Below, piece after piece: positions 18,385-27,848 of a DNA stretch of 64,000 nucleotides; position 1 is the first letter of the stretch; the number at the start of each line of letters is the position of its first letter. Origin of the DNA: Capsulimonadaceae bacterium (GTDB lineage: Bacteria > Armatimonadota > Armatimonadia > Armatimonadales > Capsulimonadaceae); contig OZ244065.1 of assembly GCA_965215505.1 (NCBI GenBank), positions 1,408,001-1,472,000 of the forward strand. Reading direction: 5' to 3'. The position numbers were made by a program, and so were the translations under genes. The notes under the pieces were generated by a model, which worked only from the letters and a program-made list of their open reading frames with translations, searched no databases and was not told the DNA's origin.

Positions 18385-19545
18385 CTAGACGGGCAAGTCC
18401 GTCAGGTCCACCCAGGCGCGTTTGTGCCAGGATTCGATGCCCGCTTCGGCGAGCTGGACTCCGCGCGCCCCTGCCAGCAGGTCCCAGGGGAACGGCTCGT
18501 CTGAAACGACGTGGCGCAGGAACAGCTCCCACTCGGCCTTGAAGGCGTTGTCGAAGATCTGGTTCGTCGGCATCTGCTCCCACCCGGCCTTGAAGTCAAT
18601 CGGGCTGTCCAGGTCCGGGTTCCAGACCGGGCGCGGCGTGGCCGCGTAGGGCTGGATGACGCAGTCGCGCAGGCCCGCGACGGCGGAGCCTTTGGTCCCA
18701 TCCACTTGAAGGGTCAACAGGTCGTCCCGGCCCACCCGGACGCACCAGGAGGAGTTGAAGTGGGCGACGATGCCGCCTTCCAATTGGAACGTCGCATAAG
18801 CGGAGTCGTCCGCCGTGCAGCGATAAGGCTGCCCCGACTCGTCCCGGCGCTCCTTGACGTGGGTGGCACCGAGGCAGGAAACGCTCTGCACCCGCCCGAA
18901 CAGCTCATCCAGGACATACCGCCAGTGGCAGAGCATGTCAACGATGATGCCGCCGCCTTCTTCCTTTTTGTAGTTCCAGGACGGGCGCTGCGGCGGGATG
19001 GAGTCCTCGCCGGTGAACACCCAGTAGCCGAACTCGCCCCGGATGGACAGTATCTCGCCGAAGTAGCCGGTGTCAATGAGCAGTTTCAGCTTCCGCAGGC
19101 CGGGCAGCCAGAGCTTGTCCTGCACGACGCCATGCTTCACCCCCGCCTCTTTCGCGAGTTTGTAGATCTTGTAGGCGTCCGCCGTGCTGCTCGCGGTCGG
19201 CTTCTCGCAGTAGACGTGCTTGCCCGCCGCGATGGCCTTCTCCACGGCGGGGACGCGCAGGCTCGTGAGCTGGGCGTCAAAGTAGACGGAGTTGGTCGGG
19301 TCGGACAGGGCGGCGTCCAGGTCGGTCGTCCAGGCGACGCCGCCGGCTTCCTTTGCCAGCCGCTCCAGCTTGGCCGCATTGCGCCCGACCAGGACGGGTT
19401 CGGGCAGGATGACGCCGCCATCACCAATAGGGATGCCGCCCTGCTTGCGGATGGCGGCGACCGAGCGCATCAGGTGCTGGTTCGTCCCCATGCGGCCCGT
19501 GACGCCGTTCAAGATGACGCCGACCTTGGTAGTACTACCGGACAT
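18385..19545 (-). CDS. Gfo/Idh/MocA oxidoreductase
   Basis: NGVTGRMG, KHVYCEKP, GGGIIVDMLCHW. Confidence 0.92.
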   Translation of the reverse strand: MSGSTTKVGVILNGVTGRMGTNQHLMRSVAAIRKQGGIPIGDGGVILPEPVLVGRNAAKLERLAKEAGGVAWTTDLDAALSDPTNSVYFDAQLTSLRVPAVEKAIAAGKHVYCEKPTASSTADAYKIYKLAKEAGVKHGVVQDKLWLPGLRKLKLLIDTGYFGEILSIRGEFGYWVFTGEDSIPPQRPSWNYKKEEGGGIIVDMLCHWRYVLDELFGRVQSVSCLGATHVKERRDESGQPYRCTADDSAYATFQLEGGIVAHFNSSWCVRVGRDDLLTLQVDGTKGSAVAGLRDCVIQPYAATPRPVWNPDLDSPIDFKAGWEQMPTNQIFDNAFKAEWELFLRHVVSDEPFPWDLLAGARGVQLAEAGIESWHKRAWVDLTDLPV

Positions 19546-19551
19546 GAGTAA

Positions 19552-20007
19552 CTAGCCCTCCTTCGGGAACGTCTGCGTGTGCTGGGGGCGCGCGCCCTCG
19601 GGGAGCGGCGGCGCGTCAACGCCCTCTTTCGGCAGAGTCCCCTCAAGTTCCTGCCGCCAGTGCGCCACATCCCCCGCCGGGCCGTAGCAGTACAGCATCT
19701 TGAGGGGCGTGTGCCCAAGGTTCGTCATCTGATGGAAGACGTGGGGCGGGATGAAGACGGCCTGGCCGGGCGTGACGATTTTGCGCTCATCGCCCAGGCA
19801 CATCTCCCCGGTCCCTTCCAGCACGAAGTAGACCTCCTCCTGTGGCTGGTTGTGCCACGGCACCTGCCCGCCGTCCGGCTCCAGCGTGACGAAGCCCAGG
19901 CTGAAGGCCTCCGCCTGCACCGGCGAAGCGCCGCCGACGAGGTTCTGGGTCCGCCGCCGGGCGGGATACGTCCGGCCCGCGATCTCGGCAAGGTCTGCGA
20001 TGGTCAT
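19552..20007 (-). CDS. Cupin-domain protein
   Basis: Start MTIADL (AAGGAG RBS, overlaps upstream stop); PWHNQPQEEVYFVLEGTG...IPPHVFH. Confidence 0.88.
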   Translation of the reverse strand: MTIADLAEIAGRTYPARRRTQNLVGGASPVQAEAFSLGFVTLEPDGGQVPWHNQPQEEVYFVLEGTGEMCLGDERKIVTPGQAVFIPPHVFHQMTNLGHTPLKMLYCYGPAGDVAHWRQELEGTLPKEGVDAPPLPEGARPQHTQTFPKEG

Positions 20008-20813
20008 TTTGACTCCTTCCGCGCTGTGTTGCTGTAATAGAACCGGTTGACGGTCCGCAGCCACTCGTCGGCCATGAGCTGATGCCCGGCATAGGTGGGG
20101 TGGATGCCGTCCCAGACCCAGAAAGTCACCGGCTGTGTCGAATGCGAAATGGCCGCGTCGAACATCGCCTGGAAATGCACGACCGGGGAGTGATACTTCG
20201 CCGCCAGCCGCTCGACGGCGGCCTGACGCAGCTTGACTTCCAAGTTCCACTGCTCCGGGTGATCCAGGACGTGCCCCGTCTGCGCGATGAACGGTTCGCA
20301 GAGAACCAGCTTCACGTTGGGGTTAGCGGCGACGGCCTGCTGGAGTATCTGGTCGTAAACCTGTTCGTACTGCTGCGCCGTCACGCCGCCGCTGCCGCCG
20401 CTGTTGACGACGCTCCCGGCGTCGTTGACGCCGACGAGGATGCTCAAAACGTCCGGCTTCAGGGCGAGCGCGTCACTCTGCCAGCGGGCGGCGAGGTCGG
20501 TGACTTTGTCGCCGCTGATCCCCCGGTTCAGGAACGTCCAGCCCTGGTCCGGGTGGTGGCCGCCACAGGTCGCGGCGAGGAGGTAGGCGTAATTCTGGCC
20601 GAGTATGTGGTTCGGGTCCTCATTGCGCCCGCGCCCGCCGTCGGTGATGGAGTCGCCCTGGAACAGAATGCGCGTCCCCGGCGGGAAGCGCGGCGCGAGG
20701 GCATCCTGGGCCGCCGCAGTGGCGGCGGGCTTCGGCTTCGCCCCGACGCCGGCCACAGTGACCACGAGGAGGCCGCAGGCGAGGGCGGTGACGGCGGCAT
20801 TCTTGTGTCTCAC
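20004..20813 (-). CDS. SGNH/GDSL esterase, secreted
   Basis: FQGDSITD, NRGISG, GVND, DGIHP. Confidence 0.9.
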   Translation of the reverse strand: MRHKNAAVTALACGLLVVTVAGVGAKPKPAATAAAQDALAPRFPPGTRILFQGDSITDGGRGRNEDPNHILGQNYAYLLAATCGGHHPDQGWTFLNRGISGDKVTDLAARWQSDALALKPDVLSILVGVNDAGSVVNSGGSGGVTAQQYEQVYDQILQQAVAANPNVKLVLCEPFIAQTGHVLDHPEQWNLEVKLRQAAVERLAAKYHSPVVHFQAMFDAAISHSTQPVTFWVWDGIHPTYAGHQLMADEWLRTVNRFYYSNTARKESK

Positions 20814-23800
20814 TTCGCCTCCAATGTGACGCTGTCGAAGACGCTGCGGTTGAGGCCACCGCGCGCATGGGACAGCACCGCCAGGCCGACGAAGACCGAC
20901 TTCCGCATGGGCACCGTGACCGTCTCGACCGGCACCCAGGTCTGGCCGTCGCCGGAGGCAGAGGCCGTGAATGTGTCGCCCTGCCGCGTCAGTTTCAGCC
21001 AGGAGGCGGAGGAAGGGACCGGGGCGGGACGGTCATTCGTGCCGCCCGTCCCGCCGCCCGCCGCGCTGCGGCTCTGCGTCACGATGCCGTGGCCGGGGGC
21101 GCGGAACAGGAACACGTTTTTGGCGTCCGCGTCCAGCGTCTCGCGGACCATCAGGCCGGCCTTGGCCCATTCGTTCGTGTTCTCCTGAGTCGCGACGTGC
21201 GCTATGATCGTGCCGTCGCCGTCGAGCGCGCGGTAGACGTAGTGGAAGGCGTCGGCAGAACCCCAGGCGTCCGCGCCGGAGGCGCGAAGGGTGAACGCAC
21301 CGTTCAAAAAGCCGTCGGTCCCGGCCGCCCCAACGTCCCCGATGTCGGCACCCTTCCAGGGGGCCGGGATGGAGTCGTCAACGGGCAGGATGCTGACCGG
21401 GGCGGCCTGCGGGCCGCGCACCCCGTCCCGGCTGACGGCGGCAACGGTGTAGAAGAAGCGCCGACCGAAGGCGAGGCCGTCCTCCCCCCAGGCGGTCCGC
21501 GTCAGGCCCGTCGCGACGGGCACGAAGGGGCCGTTCTCCCCCGGCCCGCGCAGCACGTCGTAGGTCCAGCCGCGCCGGGCGGTCTTCCAGGAGAGGCTGA
21601 CTTTCTGCTTGATGACCTCGCCCGCCAGGGAGGGGACGGGCTCGGGCGGGGCCGAAGCATCGGGCGCGCTCCTGTCGAGCCAGGCGAGGAGCGCCCGGTC
21701 GGGCGGCGCGACCGGGGCGGAAGGCGAGTCGAGGCCGACGCCGTTCTCGTCCATGCCCGCCACTTTGTAGAAGTACGCCGTGCCCCCTTTCGCCGTGGCG
21801 TCAATGAACGAGTTCTCGCCCGCCGTCCGCCCGACCTCGGCATAAGGGCCTTCTTGGGCGGACGCGCGCTTGACGATGTACTGAGTCGCCCCCGCCGCGT
21901 GCTGCCAGCGCACCATCACCCCCGCGTCTTCACGGGAGGCCATGATGAGGCGCGTCGCCATCGGCGGCGCGTCCGCGTCGCCGTCAAGCTTCAGCACGAC
22001 CGTGGACTGCGGGCCGACCCTGACGACGCCCGCCGTCACCGGCAGGTCTTTCCCCGAGATGAAGTCATAGACGCTCGCACCGGTGAAGCCATGCGGCAGT
22101 TTCAGGTCATACGCCTGCGCGTTGCCGTAGGCCGGGCGGGTCGTGTTCATGCCGATCAGGTAGCTTAAGTACCGCAACGAGTAGAAGTTGGCGTAGCCCG
22201 TGTAGGGAGTATCCACCGGGTCTATCTCATGAACACCCGGCTGGGAGGCAATCGGCATCACTTCGCCCGCCAGGGCCTGGTGCGGCCCCTCGGGCGGCTC
22301 GTTGGCGTGCATGAACTGGACCTGGGCCTGATCGGCCCGCACCGTCCACCGCCCGCTCGGCGTGAACTGGACGTCCGGCGCGACCGTCGCCAGTCGGTCG
22401 CCCGTCGGCGTGATGCAGTGGATGCGGGCGATGCCGTTGACGCCCCAGTTGGCCTTCATGACCAGCCCGGCGAACAGGGTCAGGCCGCCGTCGCGCAGCA
22501 CAACAACCCCGTCGTCCTCGTCGGCCCAGGCGGCGCGGGCGTAGTCTGACTCTTTGAGGCCGGCGGCTTTGAGCGCCGCGAGTTCATCCGGCCGATACCA
22601 GCCGAGGTTCGTGGCCGGGAGCAGGACGCCGACCGGCGGGTGGCCCTTGACGTAGGCATAATCGGCGGGCAGATCAAGGCTGTCGCTCTCGCCCAGGGAG
22701 CCGAGGTACTGGTTGTCGCCTAGAAACTGCTGCGCGTAGCCCACGGCGTTCGCCGCAAGCTTCCGGTACGGCGCCCACTCCGCGCCTTGGTATCTGGCGG
22801 GAGTTTCGTCCATCCAACGCGCCAGCCGGGTCACGTCCAGCCCGTGCCCGCCGTTCAGGCGGACCCCATAGCCGAGGTTGTCGGGATAGGCCGGGCCGCG
22901 CGACTCGATAACGCCCTCCATCCGCATGGCCCGGAAGCCTTCATCGTCGAAGTCCGGGTATCTCATGTGCGCGCGGGCGTTGGAGTTGACCAGGGCCTTC
23001 TTTAATATCTCATCGTGCCCGTACATCCGCCACCAGTTGACCATGTCGTTAGTCCACTCCCCGTAGATGGCGACGTAGGTGTTCTCGCGCGTCAGCCCCT
23101 TGTCCGTGACCTGGAAATAGTGGTCGCCGTAGGGCCGCTCGCGCCCGATCAGCCTGCCGGCACCGTCCAGGACGTCGTTCCCCAGGTAGGGCGCGATGCC
23201 CGCCGGCTCGAACAGGAACCGCTTGGCGGTCGCCTCCGGCTCGGCGAGGGCGGGGGCGATGATCTGCAAGCCTTTGTTGGAGCGGTACGCCCCGTACATG
23301 CAGATCTCGGCCTGGTTGCTGATGCGCGCGACGTGGGTGCGGGCGTAGTCGAAGTTGCCCTTCAGCATCCGCGCCCAGGCGTCCCGGCGCGTGACCGTCT
23401 GCCCGTTGACCGTGATCGCCTGGCCCAGCAGCGCCTTCCACTCGGCGGGCGTCAGGACCTTGTCCATCCAGTAGACCGCCTCGCCGATGGGGGCGAAGAC
23501 GCCGCCCCAGTCGGCCTGGTAGCCGCCTTTGGCGTATACGTCCGGCTCCCCGAGCCGCTGCGCCTGGTCGTCAATCTTGGCGACGACCTGCGTGATCGCC
23601 TTCTGCCGGGCGGCGTCGTCCTGCCCCGCCACCGTCCACGGGTACTGCATGGCGGATGCCAGGTAGCGGATGTCATTGGGCGGCATCCGGCCCTGCGCGC
23701 CCATCAGATCGCGCAGGTGCCCGTTGAGGCGGCTCTTGTAAGCCGCCAAGATCGCCCCATCATCCACGGCCGGGCGCACCGGCGGTGCGGGCGGGGCGTC

Positions 23801-24463
23801 TCCCTGTTTCTCCGCCTCCAGCCCCGCCAAAGCAGCCGAGGTGTGCGTGTAGACCCGGTAGTAGCCGCGCGAGGGCGTGGTCATCCGGCCCTGGTAGCCG
23901 TCATAGCCGCCGCCGAGTGCATAGCCGGAGATCGGGCCGATGGTGCGGACCGTCAGCGTCAGGCTCTTGCGCCCGCGCGTCAGGGCGAGCGGCAGGACGT
24001 CCGTGTAGTAGAAGAAGCGGTCCCGGAACGAGGGGACGTCGGTACCGTGGTTGAGCGCCTCGTAGTCGCCCAGGTGCCGGTAGCCGAGCTGTTCGCCGTT
24101 GATGTAGAGCAGCGCCTTCTGCCCGCCGTTGACGTCCGACCCCCAGAACTTGGCCGTAAAGTAGTTCTGCCTGACCGGGTCGGTCTTCATGTCAAACGAC
24201 AGATCGCCGCCATAGTAGTCGGCGGGCGTCTTCGGCAGCGAGACGCGCGCCGGCTCGCCCAGCGCACCAGTGAGCGGCTTGGTGTCCGCGCCCTCGAACC
24301 GGTGCGCCTTCTCCGAAGCGGCGTCGCCGAACACGAGCATATCCACCACGCCAGGCGGGACCATCACTGCTGGGCCGTCGGCCTGTGCCGCTCCTGCCGG
24401 CAGGAGGGCGGCGGTCGCCATCAGGGCGAGCGGACCGAGGATGGAGAATGGATTTAGTTTCAT
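20810..24463 (-). CDS. Large secreted protein: uncharacterised N-terminal region, FN3-like repeats, C-terminal DUF1349-like beta-sandwich
   Basis: Signal peptide MKLNPF..AQA; WQHAAGATQYIVKRA..YFYKVAG FN3-like modules; SGADAWGSADAFHYVY...WAKAGLMVRE...WLKLTRQGDTFT. Confidence 0.85.
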   Translation of the reverse strand: MKLNPFSILGPLALMATAALLPAGAAQADGPAVMVPPGVVDMLVFGDAASEKAHRFEGADTKPLTGALGEPARVSLPKTPADYYGGDLSFDMKTDPVRQNYFTAKFWGSDVNGGQKALLYINGEQLGYRHLGDYEALNHGTDVPSFRDRFFYYTDVLPLALTRGRKSLTLTVRTIGPISGYALGGGYDGYQGRMTTPSRGYYRVYTHTSAALAGLEAEKQGDAPPAPPVRPAVDDGAILAAYKSRLNGHLRDLMGAQGRMPPNDIRYLASAMQYPWTVAGQDDAARQKAITQVVAKIDDQAQRLGEPDVYAKGGYQADWGGVFAPIGEAVYWMDKVLTPAEWKALLGQAITVNGQTVTRRDAWARMLKGNFDYARTHVARISNQAEICMYGAYRSNKGLQIIAPALAEPEATAKRFLFEPAGIAPYLGNDVLDGAGRLIGRERPYGDHYFQVTDKGLTRENTYVAIYGEWTNDMVNWWRMYGHDEILKKALVNSNARAHMRYPDFDDEGFRAMRMEGVIESRGPAYPDNLGYGVRLNGGHGLDVTRLARWMDETPARYQGAEWAPYRKLAANAVGYAQQFLGDNQYLGSLGESDSLDLPADYAYVKGHPPVGVLLPATNLGWYRPDELAALKAAGLKESDYARAAWADEDDGVVVLRDGGLTLFAGLVMKANWGVNGIARIHCITPTGDRLATVAPDVQFTPSGRWTVRADQAQVQFMHANEPPEGPHQALAGEVMPIASQPGVHEIDPVDTPYTGYANFYSLRYLSYLIGMNTTRPAYGNAQAYDLKLPHGFTGASVYDFISGKDLPVTAGVVRVGPQSTVVLKLDGDADAPPMATRLIMASREDAGVMVRWQHAAGATQYIVKRASAQEGPYAEVGRTAGENSFIDATAKGGTAYFYKVAGMDENGVGLDSPSAPVAPPDRALLAWLDRSAPDASAPPEPVPSLAGEVIKQKVSLSWKTARRGWTYDVLRGPGENGPFVPVATGLTRTAWGEDGLAFGRRFFYTVAAVSRDGVRGPQAAPVSILPVDDSIPAPWKGADIGDVGAAGTDGFLNGAFTLRASGADAWGSADAFHYVYRALDGDGTIIAHVATQENTNEWAKAGLMVRETLDADAKNVFLFRAPGHGIVTQSRSAAGGGTGGTNDRPAPVPSSASWLKLTRQGDTFTASASGDGQTWVPVETVTVPMRKSVFVGLAVLSHARGGLNRSVFDSVTLEAK

Positions 24464-24515
24464 CAGTGGCCTTTCGCTGCGCCGCCGACACAAAGTGCGA
24501 CGGTTGACATAGACC

Positions 24516-24659
24516 ATTCTAACACGGTGCCCTGATGTTGTCAATATCTTTTTGACAAAAACTTTTCGCGTAGTCTAGGCTGTGACGCCCTTGCATTCAT
24601 GGGGCGAGACTGTTATAATGGGGTATCTGCTCCTCTGACGATCACGTCTTTGTCAAAAA
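24516..24659. promoter_or_regulatory. Divergent sigma70 promoters with TTGTCAA/TTGACAA operator-like repeats
   Basis: - strand TTGACA(24544-24539)-17-TAGAAT(24521-24516); + strand TTGCAT(24591)-17-TATAAT(24614); inverted repeat TTGTCAA-N7-TTGACAA at 24538-24558. Confidence 0.78.
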
Positions 24660-24661
24660 TT

Positions 24662-25768
24662 ATGAACCAAGTCAGCACCGACACGATGCCGCCTAAAACA
24701 ACCAAACGCGCCGAATACGACCGCGTCTTCGGCGAGATCGAGCGCCTCTGCCGGTCGGGGGAGCCTGGGGACCGCCTCCCGAAGCACACGGCCCTGATGC
24801 TCGATCTGCGGGCTTCGGAACGGACGGTGCTGCGCGCACTCGAGGCGCTGCACCGCTCCGGTTATATCATCCGCCGCAGCGGGGCCGGCACCTTCGTCGC
24901 CCCCGCGCCGCCCCGTGCCGAGAAGTTACCGCCGGGGATCGTGGACGGCACGACGCTCGTGGCGATCATGCAGCCGGACAACTCGTTCTTCAGCCGCTGC
25001 ACCGAGGTCCTGTACCGCCACGCGGACGCGGCGGGCCTCACCCTCCTGTGCCGCCTCGTTAACGGGGAAACGCAGGCCCTGGCCGTGCCCCAGTTGGGCG
25101 CGGGCGGCCCGCTGGGCTTCATCGTGTTCCGCCATGACCTGGAGCCGCTGGCCCGGAGGATTCAGGAAGCGGGGCATCGGGTCGTGCTGATCGGGGCACC
25201 GCCGAATGGTGTGGCACCGAATGTCCCCTGCCTGCATGGCGACCACGAGCAGGGGGCGTATCTGGCGGCGCACCATCTGATCGCGCTCGGCCACCGGCGT
25301 CTCGCCTTCGCCATGGTGACGGAGGACCACCGACACTCGTCGCGCTGGCTCGGACACCGGCAGGCGATCCAGGAGGCGGGCGGGGCCGTTCTGAGCGATA
25401 CCACCCTGCCGCGGGAGACGGTCGAGGCGTGGGAGCAGGACCCCGCCCGAGCCGCCGCCTACTTCCAGGCCCCGGACGCCCCCACTGGCCTGGTCGTCTG
25501 GAACGACCACGAGGCGGTCCGGCTGGCGACCGTGCTGTCGCGGGCGGGCGTTAGGGTGCCTGAGCAAGTGTCGCTCGTGGGCTACGACAATCTCCCCGAG
25601 GGCAGCCTGATCTACCCCCAGCTTACCACCATAGACCAGGCCATCGGGCAGCAGCTCCGGCTGGCGCTCCGGCTGCTGACCCAGCCCGTCCCCCCGTCCC
25701 CCTCGCACACGACACTGGTGACGCCGACGCTCATCCCGCGCGGCTCCTCCGCCGCGCCGCGCCACTGA
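24662..25768 (+). CDS. GntR-HTH / LacI-type sugar-sensor regulator (AraR-like architecture)
   Basis: PGDRLP...ASERTVLRALEAL...IIRRSGAGTFV winged HTH; VPEQVSLVGYDN...LTTIDQ. Start could be ATG 24686. Confidence 0.9.
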   Translation: MNQVSTDTMPPKTTKRAEYDRVFGEIERLCRSGEPGDRLPKHTALMLDLRASERTVLRALEALHRSGYIIRRSGAGTFVAPAPPRAEKLPPGIVDGTTLVAIMQPDNSFFSRCTEVLYRHADAAGLTLLCRLVNGETQALAVPQLGAGGPLGFIVFRHDLEPLARRIQEAGHRVVLIGAPPNGVAPNVPCLHGDHEQGAYLAAHHLIALGHRRLAFAMVTEDHRHSSRWLGHRQAIQEAGGAVLSDTTLPRETVEAWEQDPARAAAYFQAPDAPTGLVVWNDHEAVRLATVLSRAGVRVPEQVSLVGYDNLPEGSLIYPQLTTIDQAIGQQLRLALRLLTQPVPPSPSHTTLVTPTLIPRGSSAAPRH

Positions 25769-25770
25769 CG

Positions 25771-25807
25771 AAAAGAGCCGGGGGCCACACGGCCCCCGGC
25801 TCTCTGT
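25771..25807. terminator. Bidirectional terminator
   Basis: AGAGCCGGGGGCC-acac-GGCCCCCGGCTCT preceded by an A-tract, between convergent genes. Confidence 0.8.
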
Positions 25808-25813
25808 TCTTCA

Positions 25814-26056
25814 TCATGGGTCTAGGCGACGGCGAACTCCGTGTGCCGCCGCATCTCCTCCGACTTGAAGCCGAGGACGTGCCAGATAGTCCACGAGTTC
25901 CGACTGCATCCGCTCAAGTTCTGCGCGGTAACCGCTCGCCATCATCCGAAACTCTTCCGGCGCTGCCGTCGCGCACAATTGCCCTAGTAGGCGCTCGAAA
26001 TAAGTAATCCGTTCCTGGATCGCGATCAACTCCTGCTCACTCGTGATCCCATTCAA
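25814..26056 (-). CDS. Small helical hypothetical protein
   Basis: TTG start overlapping the glcD-like stop; ITSEQELIAIQERITYFERLL...YRAELERMQSELVDYL reads as amphipathic helices. Confidence 0.6.
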   Translation of the reverse strand: MNGITSEQELIAIQERITYFERLLGQLCATAAPEEFRMMASGYRAELERMQSELVDYLARPRLQVGGDAAAHGVRRRLDP

Positions 26057-27477
26057 ACCGCCACCGCGCCAGTGCGGGGCTGGATGTCGTAGGCGCAGCC
26101 GTGCGAGGTGGGGAGGACCTTGCCGGGGTTGCACAGGCCCGTCGGGTTGAAGACGGCCCGGACCTCCTCCATCGTCTTGAGAGTCTCAGGCGGGAACAGC
26201 AGGGGCATGTGGTCGCGCTTCTCAACGCCGATGCCGTGCTCGCCGGTCAGGGTGCCGCCCACCCCGACGCACAGTTCCAGAATCTCGTGCGAGGCGGCTA
26301 AAACACGCTTCACTTCGTCGGGGTTGCGCTCGTCGAACAGGGTGGCGGGGTGCAGGTTGCCGTCGCCTGCGTGGAAGACATTGGCGATACGCAGGTCGTA
26401 CTTGACCCCGATGGCGGCGATGGCGCGCAGGACGGTGGGCAGCTTGGAGCGCGGGATGACGCAGTCCTGGGTGACGCACGAGGGCGCCAGCCGGCCCAGG
26501 GTGCCGACGGCCTTCTTGCGGGCGGCCCACAGGTTCGCCCGGTCCTTGGGCGTGTGCGCTTGCCGGACCTCGCGGGCGGCGTTCGCCCCGCACAGGGCGC
26601 GGACGCGGTCCGCCTGCGCCTCCAGCCCCGCCTCCAGGCCGTCCAGCTCGATGATCAGAATGGCCCCGGCGTCGCGCGGGAAGCCGAAGTGGAAGGCGTC
26701 CTCGACCGTCTGCAAGATGACGGCGTCCATCATCTCCAGAGCGGCGGGGACGATGCCGCCCGCGATGATGTCCGAGACGGTCTGCGTGGCATCGTCCACC
26801 GAATCGAAGACGGCCAGCAGGGTCCGCACGGCCTGGGGCGCGCGGGTCAGGCGGACGGTCGCTTCGGTCACGACACCGAATGTCCCTTCCGAGCCGAGGG
26901 CTAGTCCGAGCAGATCGTAGCCGTTCACGTCCTCGGTTTTATCCCCCAATGTCACGACCTCGCCGTCCGGCAGGACCATCTCGACGGCCAGAACATGGTT
27001 GGCGGTGACGCCGTATTTGAGCGTGTGCGGTCCGCCCGCGTTGTTGGCGATGTTGCCGCCCAGCGTGCTTGCCCCCTGCGAAGATGGGTCGGGCGCGTAC
27101 AAATAGCCCTCAGCGGCGACCGCCTTGGTCAAGGCGATGTTGACCGCCCCGGCCTGGGCGGTCAGCCTTCGGTTCCGCAGATCAATGTCCAGAATCCGGT
27201 TCATGCGGGCTACCCCGATGAGGACGCCGCCGGGGCACAATGTCCCGCCTGCCAAGCCGGTCCCAGCCCCGCGCGGCGCAAAGGGGATGCTATGTCGGGC
27301 GCACACCTTGACGACGGCCGCGACCTGGGCCGTCGTGCGCGGCAGTACGGTCGCGAGCGGCGCGGCCTTTTCGAGTGGGTAGGCGTCGTTCTCGTAGACG
27401 GCCCGCTCGCCCTTCTCGGCCAGCACGCCGTCGTCGCCGATGATCTGTTTCAGTTCGCTGATCATGTTATTGGTCAT
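26053..27477 (-). CDS. glcD: FAD-linked oxidase, glycolate oxidase GlcD-like
   Basis: [42 protein letters not shown]. Confidence 0.85.
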   Translation of the reverse strand: MTNNMISELKQIIGDDGVLAEKGERAVYENDAYPLEKAAPLATVLPRTTAQVAAVVKVCARHSIPFAPRGAGTGLAGGTLCPGGVLIGVARMNRILDIDLRNRRLTAQAGAVNIALTKAVAAEGYLYAPDPSSQGASTLGGNIANNAGGPHTLKYGVTANHVLAVEMVLPDGEVVTLGDKTEDVNGYDLLGLALGSEGTFGVVTEATVRLTRAPQAVRTLLAVFDSVDDATQTVSDIIAGGIVPAALEMMDAVILQTVEDAFHFGFPRDAGAILIIELDGLEAGLEAQADRVRALCGANAAREVRQAHTPKDRANLWAARKKAVGTLGRLAPSCVTQDCVIPRSKLPTVLRAIAAIGVKYDLRIANVFHAGDGNLHPATLFDERNPDEVKRVLAASHEILELCVGVGGTLTGEHGIGVEKRDHMPLLFPPETLKTMEEVRAVFNPTGLCNPGKVLPTSHGCAYDIQPRTGAVAV

Positions 27478-27779
27478 GGTGTCTCTTCCGGCGGGGCGGC
27501 GGGGAAGCTGACGCGGCGGGCGGGGCGCTTGGCGGTGGGCGGCGTCTCGCGCAGGCCGCTCTGCGACCGCTTCAAGCGGACGCGGGCGTAGAGGTAGCCT
27601 GCCGTCAGGAGGGCGAGCAGCAGGAGCATGCCCTCGTTCCGGCCCGGGGGCAGCCCGCCCCCGCGCAGGTGCCACAGCGCCAGCCCACCCGCCACCAGCA
27701 CGGCGGTCGCCATGCGGAGCGACGTGCGCCGGTGCGCCTTGCCGTTCGTCGTCTCTGCCTGAAATACGCGGCGGTCCAT
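27474..27779 (-). CDS. Small membrane protein (two TM segments)
   Basis: GGAGG RBS; two hydrophobic segments; overlaps the glcD-like start by 4 nt. Confidence 0.65.
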   Translation of the reverse strand: MDRRVFQAETTNGKAHRRTSLRMATAVLVAGGLALWHLRGGGLPPGRNEGMLLLLALLTAGYLYARVRLKRSQSGLRETPPTAKRPARRVSFPAAPPEETP

Positions 27780-27848
27780 AGCCCACACCTCCGGCCTATT
27801 GTACCCCGCCGGGGCGGGTTCGGGTTCCGGTTGGGGTATCCTCTCTTC

